From: Rhynchobatus australiae
Lineage: Eukaryota
Assembly (NCBI GenBank): GCA_034780895.1
Contig: JAUZTB010000081.1
Coordinates: 8,566,201-8,630,200, forward strand
Direction of reading: 5' to 3'
Length of the DNA stretch: 64,000 nucleotides
Part shown: in pieces, positions 35,392-48,130 of the stretch
Layout of the letters: each line of letters starts with the position of its first letter
Position numbering within the stretch: the stretch's first letter is position 1
Notes under the pieces: model-generated
The model's database searches: none
What the model was told of the DNA's origin: nothing
Seen by the model: the letters and a program-made list of their open reading frames with translations, nothing else
Program-made: the position numbers and the translations under genes

Positions 35392-36009
35392 NNNNNNNNN
35401 NNNNNNNNNNNNNNNNNNNNNNNNNNNNNNNNNNNNNNNNNNNNNNNNNNNNNNNNNNNNNNNNNNNNNNNNNNNNNNNNNNNNNNNNNNNNNNNNNNNN
35501 NNNNNNNNNNNNNNNNNNNNNNNNNNNNNNNNNNNNNNNNNNNNNNNNNNNNNNNNNNNNNNNNNNNNNNNNNNNNNNNNNNNNNNNNNNNNNNNNNNNN
35601 NNNNNNNNNNNNNNNNNNNNNNNNNNNNNNNNNNNNNNNNNNNNNNNNNNNNNNNNNNNNNNNNNNNNNNNNNNNNNNNNNNNNNNNNNNNNNNNNNNNN
35701 NNNNNNNNNNNNNNNNNNNNNNNNNNNNNNNNNNNNNNNNNNNNNNNNNNNNNNNNNNNNNNGCTATCTGTGTGGAGTTTACACATCTTCAGTTCAGGCA
35801 TTTTATAATGCCACTGGTGTCACGCACCAATTCACAATTCCTCTGCTAAGATTAAATGTGTTTGACATTTGGCACACTGTGTATATGTGGATATGTAAAC
35901 TGAGACACCTGGCATCTGGCAAGCACAGCAGGTATGAGATTCTTCCTGGATTTTACCTTGGTGCAAGGAAGTTGGGGTTAAAATTCCATGAACTTTCACC
36001 AAACCACCA

Positions 36010-36330
36010 GATTAAAGTGTTGCTGCCTCACAGCTCCAGTGATCCCGGTTCAGTCCTGACCTTCAGTGCTGTCTGAGTGGAGTCTAGATGTTCTCCCTGT
36101 GACCACGTGGGTTTTACCCACGTGTTCCAGTTTCCTCCCACATCCCAAAGGTCGGTGGGTTAATTTGCCCCCTGTAAATTGTCCCTGGTGTGTAGGTGAG
36201 TGGCAGAATCCGTGGGGAGTTGATGGGAATGTGGGGAGAATAAAATGGATGAGGGTCGATGGGTGGTTGATGGTCAATGCAGACAGTGTTCCAAAAGGCC
36301 TATTTCTGTGCTGTAGCCCTCTATGAGTCT
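36010..36330 (+). mobile_element. HE1-like V-SINE (slightly 5' truncated)
   Basis: gctgcctcacagctccagtgatcccggttcagtcctgacc...tctccctgtgaccacgtggg...ttcctcccacatcccaaag. Confidence 0.88.
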
Positions 36331-38799
36331 AAAGGAACAGTTTGAAGCACTTTCCTGTGCTTTAATATGTATAGGCTTCACATGCCCACTTCCATCGAAA
36401 CAGCAAGTTTCAGATGGACAATAGCCAAGGCAGAGTTTGTGCAGCTGTTGGGTATAGTCCAGAGGTCCTTGCAGAGGAAGAAATCACCTGATCCCTTGCT
36501 GGAGGCTGGAGGATTAGTTTAGAGAAGTCCAACTCATTCTCTTCTGTCTCCTATCCCTGCAGTAGCTTACACTGCTTCGTCTGATTTCCCCTTCCTGTTC
36601 ATACTGTGGACTACAGAGAGATTTATTACCTCTTACACTAAAACATAGAGCAGTGTGTTACGTTCTAGTGAGAGAGAGAGAGAGAGGACTAAAATTTAAC
36701 TATATATGCCAGAATGAATCTCTGAAATTTCACTTGCTATTCGTTTTGCGAGAGTCTTTTGTGTGGTTACACTGTGACATGAGCAGCTTCAGAGAGTGGA
36801 GAGAAGAGGAGGAGGAAGAGAGAGCTCTCCAGTGTGGTAGTTCTGTAGCCTTGCAGGTGTGATGCAGGAACCTACTGCACCCCTCCAAAATTTCTGCCAT
36901 GAGTGTTTATTCCTTTATGTCCTTATTAAATTCACTTGGCACATTGTGTGCACTGTGAAAGGGTAATAGTATTTATTTGTGTCAGCTTTTACAATTCCCA
37001 AAGCCATTTAGTTTGGAAGTTTTACTTGATATGTGTTTCCAATTCAGACACACTCTGTTCACCCATCACACTCCCACCCGCCAATTTGTTTATAAAAAAA
37101 AGATAGCACTTGCCTGCTATTTCAGAAAACAGCTTGGGCTTATTGGAGCCAACATTTAAAAACTCTGTTCACAAACCCTTCCAAGTGTTTCTTCCCATGG
37201 CTCGCTGTGCATACTCAGTGCTGTAACCCACAAGGCTGGAAAGTGGGATAAGGTCCAGTGCTTCTTCAGTCATTGCAAGTGTGATGGGCCATTGGCCTGT
37301 GTAGTAAATGTATCAGTCGGTATAGGAACGAATGTCTTTCTGCCTATTACTTTGTATAGTAGGTCTGATCTCAGGAAAGTAAGATCTTTATTATTGATAT
37401 AGAATCAGCTTTACTGTTTCTTACATATGTTGCACCTTACCTGTGGTTTGTATGGAAGGGCTTTACTCCATATCAAACCCATGCTGACCTGTTTAACTCA
37501 GTACTTAATTCTTGTCAGATTTCATTTAAGTATTTGATGTATAAAATAGTGATTTTCAACCATTTTGCTTCTGAGGCCCCTCTCCTATGGTATAGAAGTT
37601 CAAGTTCCTAGAAATTTGGTCATGTGGTACTGCCTTTTTCAGTGCTGCAGATATAAGTCTCAGTGTGTCCTAGGATACAACACAATTAGATTCTTTGACT
37701 GAATTGAGCCACCCTGGGTTTTGGCCTGCCATTTACCATTGCAAATACTGTTTCCGTGGATGGGGCATTTTCTCTATCAGACACACATGTAATGACATCC
37801 TTCCTGGTTCAAAGCATTGCCAAATCACATTGATTCAAGTCACTCACAAATCAGTCAGCTTTTCTTAGCACTGCTTGCTCCTCAAATGTTCGATTGAAAA
37901 GGAGCTGCCTTGAACTGGCCCCAGAATAGCATTGGGAACCTGATTCAGGCTGGTCGCCCTTCAACAGTTTTGGACCCCGCAGTACCAATCTCAACCTTGT
38001 GACCCCCTTCACATTTCACCCAATTAACTGCCCCCATGATAATCACTCAATGCAACCTCCCCTCTATGGACTCTTGTCTTTACCTCTCGTTATCTTGGTG
38101 TAGCAGCCAGCATAATCAAAGACCCCACCCACCCGGGACACTCTCTCNNNNNNNNNNNNNNNNNNNNNNNNNNNNNNNNNNNNNNNNNNNNNNNNNNNNN
38201 NNNNNNNNNNNNNNNNNNNNNNNNNNNNNNNNNNNNNNNNNNNNNNNTTTGACCTGAAATGTCGAGCGTTCCTCCCGCCTACCACCCCCCCCCACCCACA
38301 CTGCTGAATGCAGCAGCCCAGCATTCTGCTGCCAAACCCCAACTACTCTGACCTGGTCTGACCTCACCTTGCCTTCCTTTCCATGACCCTTCACCCGTGA
38401 CCACCCAGACCTGCACCCAGCCCAGACTTATCTGACAATCTACGTGTACTCTGCACTGACACAGCTGATGAGGGAAGACAGTTTCCTGACCTAAAGCCAA
38501 TTCAGTGCATCCAATGCCTTGGATCTTGAGCACTACTGAAATTCCAGACTGCAGTCCCTTGCCCAAAGCAGTTATAGGCATGTCACACAGCAACAGGTGA
38601 ACATGTCACTGTGAGTGCCAAGGAAATTCCAGTCATATGGTTCTGCTGATGTCCCTAACTCGAATCAAAAGTACATGTTTGTGTCCTTGCTGTCAGTCCA
38701 CACATGTGTGCTCAGAAAACACACCCACAAATGTGAGGTGAACTCGGGTAATTTGGGGAAGAATTTCATTTGTGAATCAGCAGCATAATTGGATTTTTT

Positions 38800-41460
38800 A
38801 AGACTGTAGAAAGAGAAGAACCAGTAAATACAAACCTGGGGAGAGTCTTGCCAGGTTAGAAACAGGGTAACATGGTCCTATTAACTACAGACCATCACTC
38901 CGCAGGTTAGGTATGGAGGTTCGGCCAGTTATTGTTGTCACTGACTTCAAGGAAGAGAGCAAAGTAAGATTAGACATCCAGGCTAATCAGGATAGACCTT
39001 GAGCTGTGTGTACCAGATGGAAAGGAAAGGAAGCTGATGTAAAAGTTGAGTCTCAAGCAACTGGGGATCACAGTTTTTGTTTGTATGACGTGATGAGCCT
39101 TACTGGGCTGTCTTGTCAATGGCCTCTGGAGTTATCAGGTAGAAAAATGAGGTGCCTCTCGTAACAGATCTTACTGGGTCAGTTGATGGGCTGAGTTCCA
39201 TGGTTTGGGATTCATGGCCACAGCTGCACTTTGGTCATCTTACACTGCGGAACAGTCGTCCATGTTGCCCCTGACCTCTGCAGATTCTGAGAGCTGTCCA
39301 CTGTCTTTGTCCAGGGATCTCTCCTGAGGGGTTTGCAATGAGGAATTTGTTCTCTGTGTTCGATTCCTCCCATCGCGCTTTCCTTCCGGATAGTGCCCAC
39401 AGAGTGGATCATGTCCACAGAACAGATGTTACCTGCTGTTTCCCAGAACGGTCTGAGTGATTTTTAAATGCTGTTGTGGTGGTTATGCCAGGTCTTTGTG
39501 TCTGGGGAAGTTGGTGCTGCATTTTCATTTTTGTTCATTTTTTTCATTCAGTAGAGGACATCGGAATCATGGTGAATGGGGTAGTGAGGGTTAGTACCAG
39601 TAATCACTTAGTTGGAGTGGATGTAAGGGTCCCAGTTACCCTCTGCATGGTGGAGACATTTTAGTGGTGGCTCAGAATCACGAGGCAGAGCAGAGTTTAC
39701 CAGGGTCAGTGTTGCAGTCTGGCTGCTCCCAGTACATTATGGAAATCTCCTTGATCACATTCTTATTTTCTGGCTGGTGTTAGTTAGATGAGATTGATTT
39801 ATGGGAGTCCAAGCTTGGCTAACATCCAGGGTCATGGATAAGCAGTTTTCCACAGAAAGAAACCTTCAGTTCCTTTTCAGCATCCTTGTTGTCCAGGTGT
39901 AATGTTGATATGACTGTTTCATCTGGATTGCACACGCATGCCAAGTCCAGAAGTGACAAGTCACTGATGAATGACCTACCTGCTTACTCTTATGTAATGC
40001 TGGTGTCAGCAGTGTCGTGTCAGCACAGGTGTATTTTTGGGATTTAGTGTGAGGTGTGTACATCGTGGAGAAATTGAATAAGGTAGTAGAGTGTTTTTTG
40101 CTTGTTGGTCTTGTTGCCAAGATGGATGTAGAACTTATGGTTTTTTGTCAGTTTTCTGAGAGTTTAGCAGCACTGGATGATCCTTAAAGTTTTAGTGGAA
40201 GGCCTTTGTACCACATCCTAGGTCTTTGTCACTACCAACGGTTGTCTGTCACTGAAACCGGGCTTCAGTGTTGGTAACAAATACAAGAACCTGGTTAGAG
40301 CAACTTCTTCCCTTGCTGTGAGGTCTACCTACTCATCTGGGAAGGCGGCTTGTTTATCTTGTTAAGGATGAGCTGTCAAACACCTTGTAAGTGGTCGACA
40401 GTAGAGCTACTGAAGGAAAGCTATCAGGATCATTGGATGATTTTCCAGGTTTTGGGATAGATTATTTTGGCACCAGACTTCAGGGATCAATCCTTTGCTG
40501 AAGACCTTACAGATAAGCCACATTTTTCCTTGAAGATGGGGACATGAAGCTTTCTGGAGAAGTTCTAGGTAGATACATTGACCCTGGCAGACTTTGGTGC
40601 ACTTGAGCGCTGTGTTGACTTCGGGGGTGGAGGACCCTATTGTGACCGTGGTAAGGGGAGCAGTATTTTGGGGAAAAAGCTTAAACAGCTTTCTCATAAT
40701 GATTTTGGTTGCTGTTGTTGTCTTAGGGTTGGTAACATCATTGGCACCAGTCTTTGGCACCATCCCTTAAGCAGCTTTCCCTCCGTATGTTTTTGGTGGC
40801 AGCTGTCTTTGGATGAGCTTTGGGCTTGATTGCCTTCAAGGGCCATCACTGGCACTAATCTTTGATGCCTCATGTGAGGTCTCTAAGGTCCAGGGTTTCC
40901 ACTGGAGAACCAGAAGTCCAGGTTTCCGTTGGTTTCTTGTCATAGTTCCAATTTCTCTACACCTAGTGAATCCAGGAGTACCAGTGCTGTGTCCAAGACT
41001 CAGACTGATGCTGAACTCTTCCAGGAGTCTTTCACTCTCCTGGGACCAGCATCGGATAATGTCCATCTGAGAGCTGCTCACGATTCTGTTTGTAAATGCC
41101 ACCCTTCCTAAGTTGAGCAAAGTGGTTGCAATTGTTTGTGCACGTTGGTATTTTCTGGATTGTTTCCTTGTGAAGGTGGGGACATGAAGCTTTCCAGAAG
41201 TTCCATCTTGTTTTCAGGCCAGACTTAACAACTGAGACCTTGATTCTCAGATGTATGAAACTGGCTAGTGTTGCGAGGAAAGTTCTGGAATAGGTGAGCG
41301 GCATTCTTTTCCTGTCATTGGACAAGAAATAGAGGTAATACTTCTGACAGTTCCCAGAGACGAAGGCAAGGTGGACATCAGAGGCAGTGTCCCATCCACT
41401 AGTTATTTATCCACTTTTTCTACGTTTTGGTGTAAATGGCCAGGTAGTTAGCAGTTGGCT
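38800..41460 (-). mobile_element. Very decayed LTR-retroelement/ERV-like pol relic
   Basis: Minus-strand remnants in pol order: LLDS-like (about 40970), GQ..ESFMSP (LPQGF.NSP-like, about 40545), ILIA (DDILIA-like, about 40425), HPVLL..DKKP (about 40150), KAH (about 39097); no LTRs identified. Confidence 0.4.
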
Positions 41461-42049
41461 GGTCGTTTCTTCAGCTGTAGTTTATAAATGTTCACTGTGG
41501 TCAAAAAAAACTGAGAGCCATCTACTTGCATAATTTCTTTAGCCTCATACTTAGATTGGCACTGGCATGTATGACTATACTATTTTAGGCGTGGTGTTGG
41601 TGGGCTACAAATAGAAACCCATGGATCTTCATCTTATGTGGTTTGGGTTCAGGGATGTGAGTTTCTTGAAGGGCANNNNNNNNNNNNTTAACAAGATATA
41701 CTTTAATCTGGACCGACCCACATCATTAAATCAAAAGAGGTAAAGTAGTTACCCAACCCAAGCCTGACGGCACCTGACCAAAAATACCAGGTTTAAATAT
41801 AATTGGGCATCAGAATAGTTTAGATCAGGATTGGCTTGGCTGTGGTCAGGTCAGATTCAGGTTGGTTTAGTCGGTTGTTCATGGAAAAGACCTTCAGTTG
41901 ACATTTTGGGGCTGCTTTGATCTTCAGATGAGGGGGCCTTTTATGGGCATTCAGTTCATCTTTTTGATGATGTTAGCAAGCAGATTAGCAGTGAGTTAAT
42001 GCACAGAGAGAGATCATGATTGTCATCATCTCAAGGCCGCAGTCATTTG

Positions 42050-42620
42050 CTAGAATCTCAGCCCATGCCGCTCACCTATTCCAGAACTTTCCTCGCAACA
42101 CTTTTTTAAACTCCTTGAAACGTTCTCGTGGATCCCTCATGACAGTGAACTCGAGTTGAGAACTGCTGGTGTAAATTGAACACTACTCTACCTAATCTGT
42201 GCTTTTCTACCCCTGAGGAAATCTTCAAAAGCCCCACCCTGGATTCCTTAATCCACGTAAACCACTACCCAATTTCCATTATCCATTGTCTCTCCAAAGT
42301 CCTTCAGCATCTTGTCCCTTTCCAAACCCATGCCCTTTTTTCCTGCCATGTTGTTGAACACTTTCAATCTGGTTTCAGTGTATGCCGCAGAACTGAAACA
42401 CCTCTTATCAAAATCACAAATGTGTGACTGACCAGGTTAAGCTCTCCCTTCTCAGCCTACTTGATGTCTGCTGTCCTTGACAAGTTTGGCAGTTACATTC
42501 TCCTCCAACATTTCTCCTCCATCGTCCAGCAGGATGGGAGAAGCCATATCTAGTCCCATTCTTCAAGTCACACCGAAAATGCCTGCAACAATTTCTCTTC
42601 TCACAACCACACAGTTATCT
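42050..42620 (+). mobile_element. L2 LINE ORF2 (RT) fragment
   Basis: ORF 42176-42427 has HYPISIIHCLSKVLQHLV...FQSGFSVCRRTETPLIKITN, compared with the L2 motif QSGFRxxHSTETALxKVxND. Confidence 0.8.
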
Positions 42621-43499
42621 CTAGAGACCCCATTGACCCATTACTATTCCTCATCTCTTGGCTCCCTTCAATAATGACCAAAGAGTAGACTGGACATGAT
42701 CTTACTGAACAGCTGAGAAGCCAATTATTGTCTCTGATTTGTTGTGCTCATCCGAAGTCCCATAGCAGCAGAAATTAATTATTACAATCTAATGTAGGGA
42801 ATACTCAAGTTATTCCAAGATTTTGTCTTTTAATGCACCTGTGAAGCACCAAGGCANNNNNNNNNNNNNNNNNNNNNNNNNNNNNNNNNNNNNNNNNNNN
42901 NNNNNNNNNNNNNNNNNNNNNNNNNNNNNNNNNNNNNNNNNNNNNNNNNNNNNNNNTGAAGAATATTTGCCACTGGAAGTAATGACTATTCCAATTCCTG
43001 TCAAATAATTTTCTTCAATTCAAAGAAGCAATCTATTCTTATGGACTTACCTTGGTAGTAGTATCAAAGTTAGGTATCTCTTGGTTTTAGAAAGCAAGGC
43101 AGAGATGGAATGGGCATCAGCTCAGTGATTCAATGTACACAAGGGGGCAGCAGAGAATGACTAGAGAGGGTGAAACATGAACTCAGCCGGCCACCTTCCC
43201 TCCACACTCTCAGCAGTCCTTATGCAGGGTTGCATCCTGAAACATCGACCATCCCTCTGCCTCTACAGATGCTGCTTGACCCACTGAGTTCTTACAGCAG
43301 TTTTTTTTTTTGCCACAGGAAATCAGCCACATCCACCTAGCTCATTTTAAACCATCGTCTACTCTCCATTACATTCTCTTCACAGGAATGTTTAAATCTT
43401 CAATGTTTTATTTACATATTGGAGCAAAAAAAAACATAGATGCTGGAAATCAAAACAAAAATAATAAATGTTAGAAGCATTCTGCAAGTGTCACTTGCA

Positions 43500-44600
43500 G
43501 ATGTTTCTAATGAGACAGTGAAAGGTATTTTATTCTGTATTCGGCCCATACTGTACCTTACCTGAGAGTGTATGATGGTACGGTGTGGATTGATCTTTAT
43601 GTCAGTTCCATGCTGTATCCACCCCTAACTGGGAGTTTAAATAAATCTTTATTCTGTGACCAACCCCTGCTCTATTTTCCCTTGGAATGCTTAATGGGAC
43701 AGTTTTCCACATCTGACCTTACCTTGGGATGTCTGATGGGACATTATGGATTGGACTGTACTCTCTGTCTACATGTTATTCTTAACCTGGGAATATTTCA
43801 TGGGATGAAGTGGAAGTAACTTCATTCTCCATCTGACCCATGCTGTACCTGATCTGGAAGTGCAACTTAAATCATTATTCTATACAGGCAGTTCTGCAGT
43901 AATGTGTGTTTCCATAACGCAAATTTGATATAACTGGGTTGATGAATTAGAGAACATTATTTGTATTATGCTGGACGAATTGGTTATAATGTGATTTCAG
44001 TCGGAAGCTAGCCCCACAGTAATCAGAGACCATGACCTCTTAACACAGGTTGCCAGTTTCNNNNNNNNNNNNNNNNNNNNNNNNNNNNNNNNNNNNNNNN
44101 NNNNNNNNNNNNNNNNNNNNNNNNNNNNNNNNNNNNNNNNNNNNNNNNNNNNNNNNNNNNAGTTTCACAGTGGGAGGCCACTTTGGAGAGTTACTTTGGA
44201 AATTGACAAGCAATCGCTTCTATTGATAGTCTATCAAATGTAACATGCAGCCTTTGGTATTTTTAGTTATAACATAACTATTAAAAGCATCATTATTGCA
44301 GGAAAAATAGCTTTGTTATTAAGAGTCTGAAACTCTTTAGCCCCAACCCCCTTTCTCCCATTGCACAGTCATTTTTATAATGTGATTTTCGATAATGCGA
44401 GGTTTCTTAGGAATGCAGCTATCACATTAAAGCAAAACTACCTGTACCTAACCAGTGCAGTGCTGACCTGTGAGTGTTTAACAGGGTAGTATTACTCTGT
44501 GTTCAACTTGCGCTGCCTGAGCCCTACAAGACGCAGAAGTGTAGAGGGTCTTTTACTCTCCATCCAAACTGTGCTAACCCTGAACCGAGAATTTTTGACG
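43500..44600 (+). repeat. Diverged 67-bp satellite array, split by a MITE
   Basis: Repeated ctgtacct..cctgggagtgt.tgatggg.ca motifs on both sides of 43885-44444. Confidence 0.7.
43885..44444. mobile_element. Non-autonomous Tc1/mariner-pogo (Tigger-like) MITE
   Basis: TIRs caggcagttctgcagtaatgtg / cacattaaagcaaaactacctg, flanked by TA at 43883-43884 and 44445-44446. Confidence 0.8.
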
Positions 44601-47600
44601 TAAGAGTAAACATTGGACCCTAAGAAGCTGAGAGAAGGGAGTCGATAATAGGAAATGAAATGCCAGAGACATTAAACAAATATTTTACATCTGCCTTCAG
44701 AGCAGAGGGTACTGAAAGCAAGCCAAAAAGAGTTGTTAATCAAGAGGTAAAAGAGGTGAAGAACTTAAAGCAATTAATATCACTGGAAAAAACATACTTG
44801 GCAAACCAATTGGAAAAAGTGATGAAAAATTGATGACCTGAAGGAAATCCTGCTGAAATGACAGATATGTTGGTTGTGATCCTTCAAAACTTCCGAGGTC
44901 CTGGAAAAGTCCCAGCAGATTAAAAAGCAGCAAATACAAGACCACTATTCAAGGAAGGAGAGAGCATGAGAACAGAGAACTACAAGTCAGTTAGCATAGG
45001 AATCCTTTATTAAGCAGATCATTAATAACAGCAAATGCTAGAAACACTCAGCAGGTCAGGCAGTATCTAGGGAAAGGGAAATGTTTCAGGTCAAAGAACA
45101 GCAAAAACAAGGTAGTCTGGTTCCTCTAGTCTAGTACCAGTCTTTTTCTCTTTCTCATTCTGACAAAAGGTCTTCTACCTCAAATATTAACTGTTTCTTA
45201 TTCTATTGATACTGATTTTTTCCCAGTATTTTCTATTCTTATTTCAGATTTCCAGCATCTTTTTTTTTACATTAAGGAAGTAATAAGATGCATAGCATGG
45301 TTTTTTAAGTTAAAAAAAAGTTAAAGATGCTATCAAACTTAAAGAAAAAACATAATTGCTCAAAGCTGAGTAGCAGGTCAGAAGATCAGACAAAATGAGT
45401 TTGACAAGACACCCAAGTCCTAATGGTCTTCTTCCCAGAGTCTTAAAAGAAGCACTTGCTGAGATGCGTGGTTTTAATTTTCCAAAGTTCCCAGATTCAA
45501 GGAAGGTTCCATTAGGCTGGAAAATAGCAAATGTAACTCCTTTGACCTATCTATCCGAGTTCCTTGAGAAGTAACATGTGCTATGGATAAAAGGGAATAT
45601 AGTGGATATACCTCACATAGATTTCCAGAAGGCATTTGATAAGGTGCTACATAAGATATTTTTGGAGAAATTGAAAACTTATGGTGTTAGGGATAACATT
45701 TTGGCATGAATAGAAGATTGGCTGGCTAGCAGAAGTAGCTGTAATTTTTTTTCTGGTTGGCAAGATGTTTGCCACAGGCACCAGTGCAGGAGCCTCAACT
45801 TTGTACAACTTGGACGAAGAGACTGAGGTATGGTTTCGAAGTATGCTGATGACGCAAAGGTAGTTAGAAAAGTAAGTCGTGAAAAGGACAGAAGGAGGTG
45901 ACAGAGTGATGTAAGTAAGTGAAGTGAGTGGACAAAGATCTAGTAAAGGGAGTACAATGTGGGAAAATGTGAAATTGTCCATTTTGGCAGTAAATATTGA
46001 CATATTGCAGGACTCTGACATGCAGAGGGACCTAGGTATCCTAGTGCATGATTTGCAAAAGGTGAATATGCCAGTACAGCAAGCAATCAGGAAAACAAAC
46101 AGCATGTTATTGTTTATTGCTGGAGGAATTGAATGTAAAGATAGGGAAGTCATTCTTCAGTTATATAGAATGGTGCCGAGATCATAGAGTCGTGGAGTTA
46201 TACAACACAAACACAAGCCTTTTGGCCCAAGTCGTCCGTGCTGACCACAGTGCCGACTTCAGCGAGTCCCATTTGCCTGCATCTGGTGTATTGTGCACAG
46301 TATTGGTCTCCCTATTCAAGGAAGATGTAAATGCACTGGAAACAGTTCAGGGAAGGTTTATTGGACTGATGCCTGAAGTGGGTAGAAAAGGTTGGACAAG
46401 CTGCACTTGTATCATGTCTAGAAGCATGAAAGGTGACTTAATTGAAATATATAAAATGCTGAGGGATCCTGACAGGTCGGTTGTGGAGAGAATGTTTCCC
46501 ATTGTGAAAGAACGTAGAACTAGGAAACACTTTGTAAAAATACGGGGTTACCCATTTAAGACATAGATGAAACAATATTTTTTTTCTCTCAGAGAGTCTT
46601 TGGAATTCTCCGATTCAAAAGGCAGTGAGAGAAAAGTCTTTGAGTATTTTTAAGACAGGTGTAGATAGTTTACCAGGGTGGAAGGTTACCAGGATAAACG
46701 GGAAAGTGGAGTTCAGTTCAGAAGCAGATCAGCCATATCCTCAATGAACGGCGAAGCAGGCTCAAAGAGCTGAGTGGACCTACTCCTGCTCCTGACTTGT
46801 AAGTCTGCATGCAATATACAAAGCAGCAAAGAATGACTAATAGGAAAAATTAGAAATGAGATAAAGCTGGCTAAAAATGTGGAAACAGATTGTAAGAGTT
46901 CCTATAGAGTTTCAAATAAGTGTTAACAAAGTAAGTACTGGTCCTTCAGAAAGCAAGTCTGGGGAATCAGTAATGGAAAATAAGGAAATGGCAAATGAAT
47001 TAAACAGGTATTTTTCATCAGTCATGACAGAGGACAGAAGTAACATCCCTGAAATAGCTGTAAGTCAGGAATTAGAAGGGAGGGGGGGAACTGAGGAAAA
47101 TTTCAATCACCAAGAAATTGGTACTGAGCAAATTGTTGGAGCTGAAGGCTGACAATTCTTGGGTCCTGAAGGATTTCATCTGCAGGTCTTAGAGGATCTG
47201 TTAGACAGGTCAGAAAGCAGAAGACTCCAGGTCAGTTAGCTTAACATCTGTCATAGGGAAAAGGTTAGAAGCTCTTATCAAAGATTTTACAGCAGGCCAC
47301 TTAAAAAAATTCAAGATAATAATGCAAAAGCATTTATGTTCTTATGAAAGCATATCAAGTTTTACCAACTTATTAGAATCTTTTGGGATTTAACAAGCAG
47401 AAAAGNNNNNNNNNNNNNNNNNNNNNNNNNNNNNNNNNNNNNNNNNNNNNNNNNNNNNNNNNNNNNNNNNNNNNNNNNNNNNNNNNNNNNNNNNNNNNNN
47501 NNNNNATGTTCTTATGAAAGCATATCAAGTTTTACCAACTTATTAGATTCTTTTGGGATTTAACAAGCAGAAAAGATATTTCGAAGGAAATATATTTGAA

Positions 47601-47780
47601 TTCCAAAAGACATATGATAAAAATGTTGCATGAGGAGTTACTGCGCAAAATTAAGACTCTTGGTGTTGAGGGTAATAGTGTGGATAGAGCAATGGTTATA
47701 CAGAAAATAGAGAAAGGATAATGTTTATTTTCAGGTTGATAAACTGTAACTTTTGAGACACCTCAGGGATCAATGTAGGA
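44600..47780 (+). mobile_element. Cluster of nested, decayed CR1 LINE ORF2 fragments
   Basis: IDFQKAFDKV (about 45617), KYADDAK (about 45839), DLGILVHDLQK, ALETVQGRF, KGDLIEIYKML, CR1 3' tail to about 46800, MENKEMANELNRYFSSV. Confidence 0.9.
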
Positions 47781-47829
47781 GTGTCAGCTAGTCAGAATTT
47801 AATGTGTTTCATCTACAATATTCACTGCA

Positions 47830-48130
47830 GTTATTCACCTAGACTACATCAATGTCACCTCCAAACCCGTAAACCCTACCAGCAAGAAGGACAAAGGCAG
47901 TTGGCACAAGTGAACACCACTGTGTACAGGATCTCCTGCAAGTCACACACCATCAAGACTTTGAAATACAGTACAGATCCTTCATGAATGCTGGCTCTAA
48001 ATTCTGGAATTCCCTACCAACACCACAGTGGGAGCATTTTCACCACAAGGGAGTGCAGAAGCCTCACCACCAATTCTCTCAGGGGCAATTAGGGTTAGGA
48101 AATAAATGCTGTTCTTGCCAGCTTTAACCA
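47830..48130 (+). mobile_element. LINE 3' end (CR1-group, chondrichthyan family)
   Basis: ctggaattccctacc..cac...gtgggag...ctcaccacca...ggggcaattaggg...aataaatgctg; related fragment at about 31545-31690. Confidence 0.6.

Noticed and set aside
38465-38500. CTGATGA followed by a short stem, hammerhead-like
   Set aside because: No GAAA core after the stem
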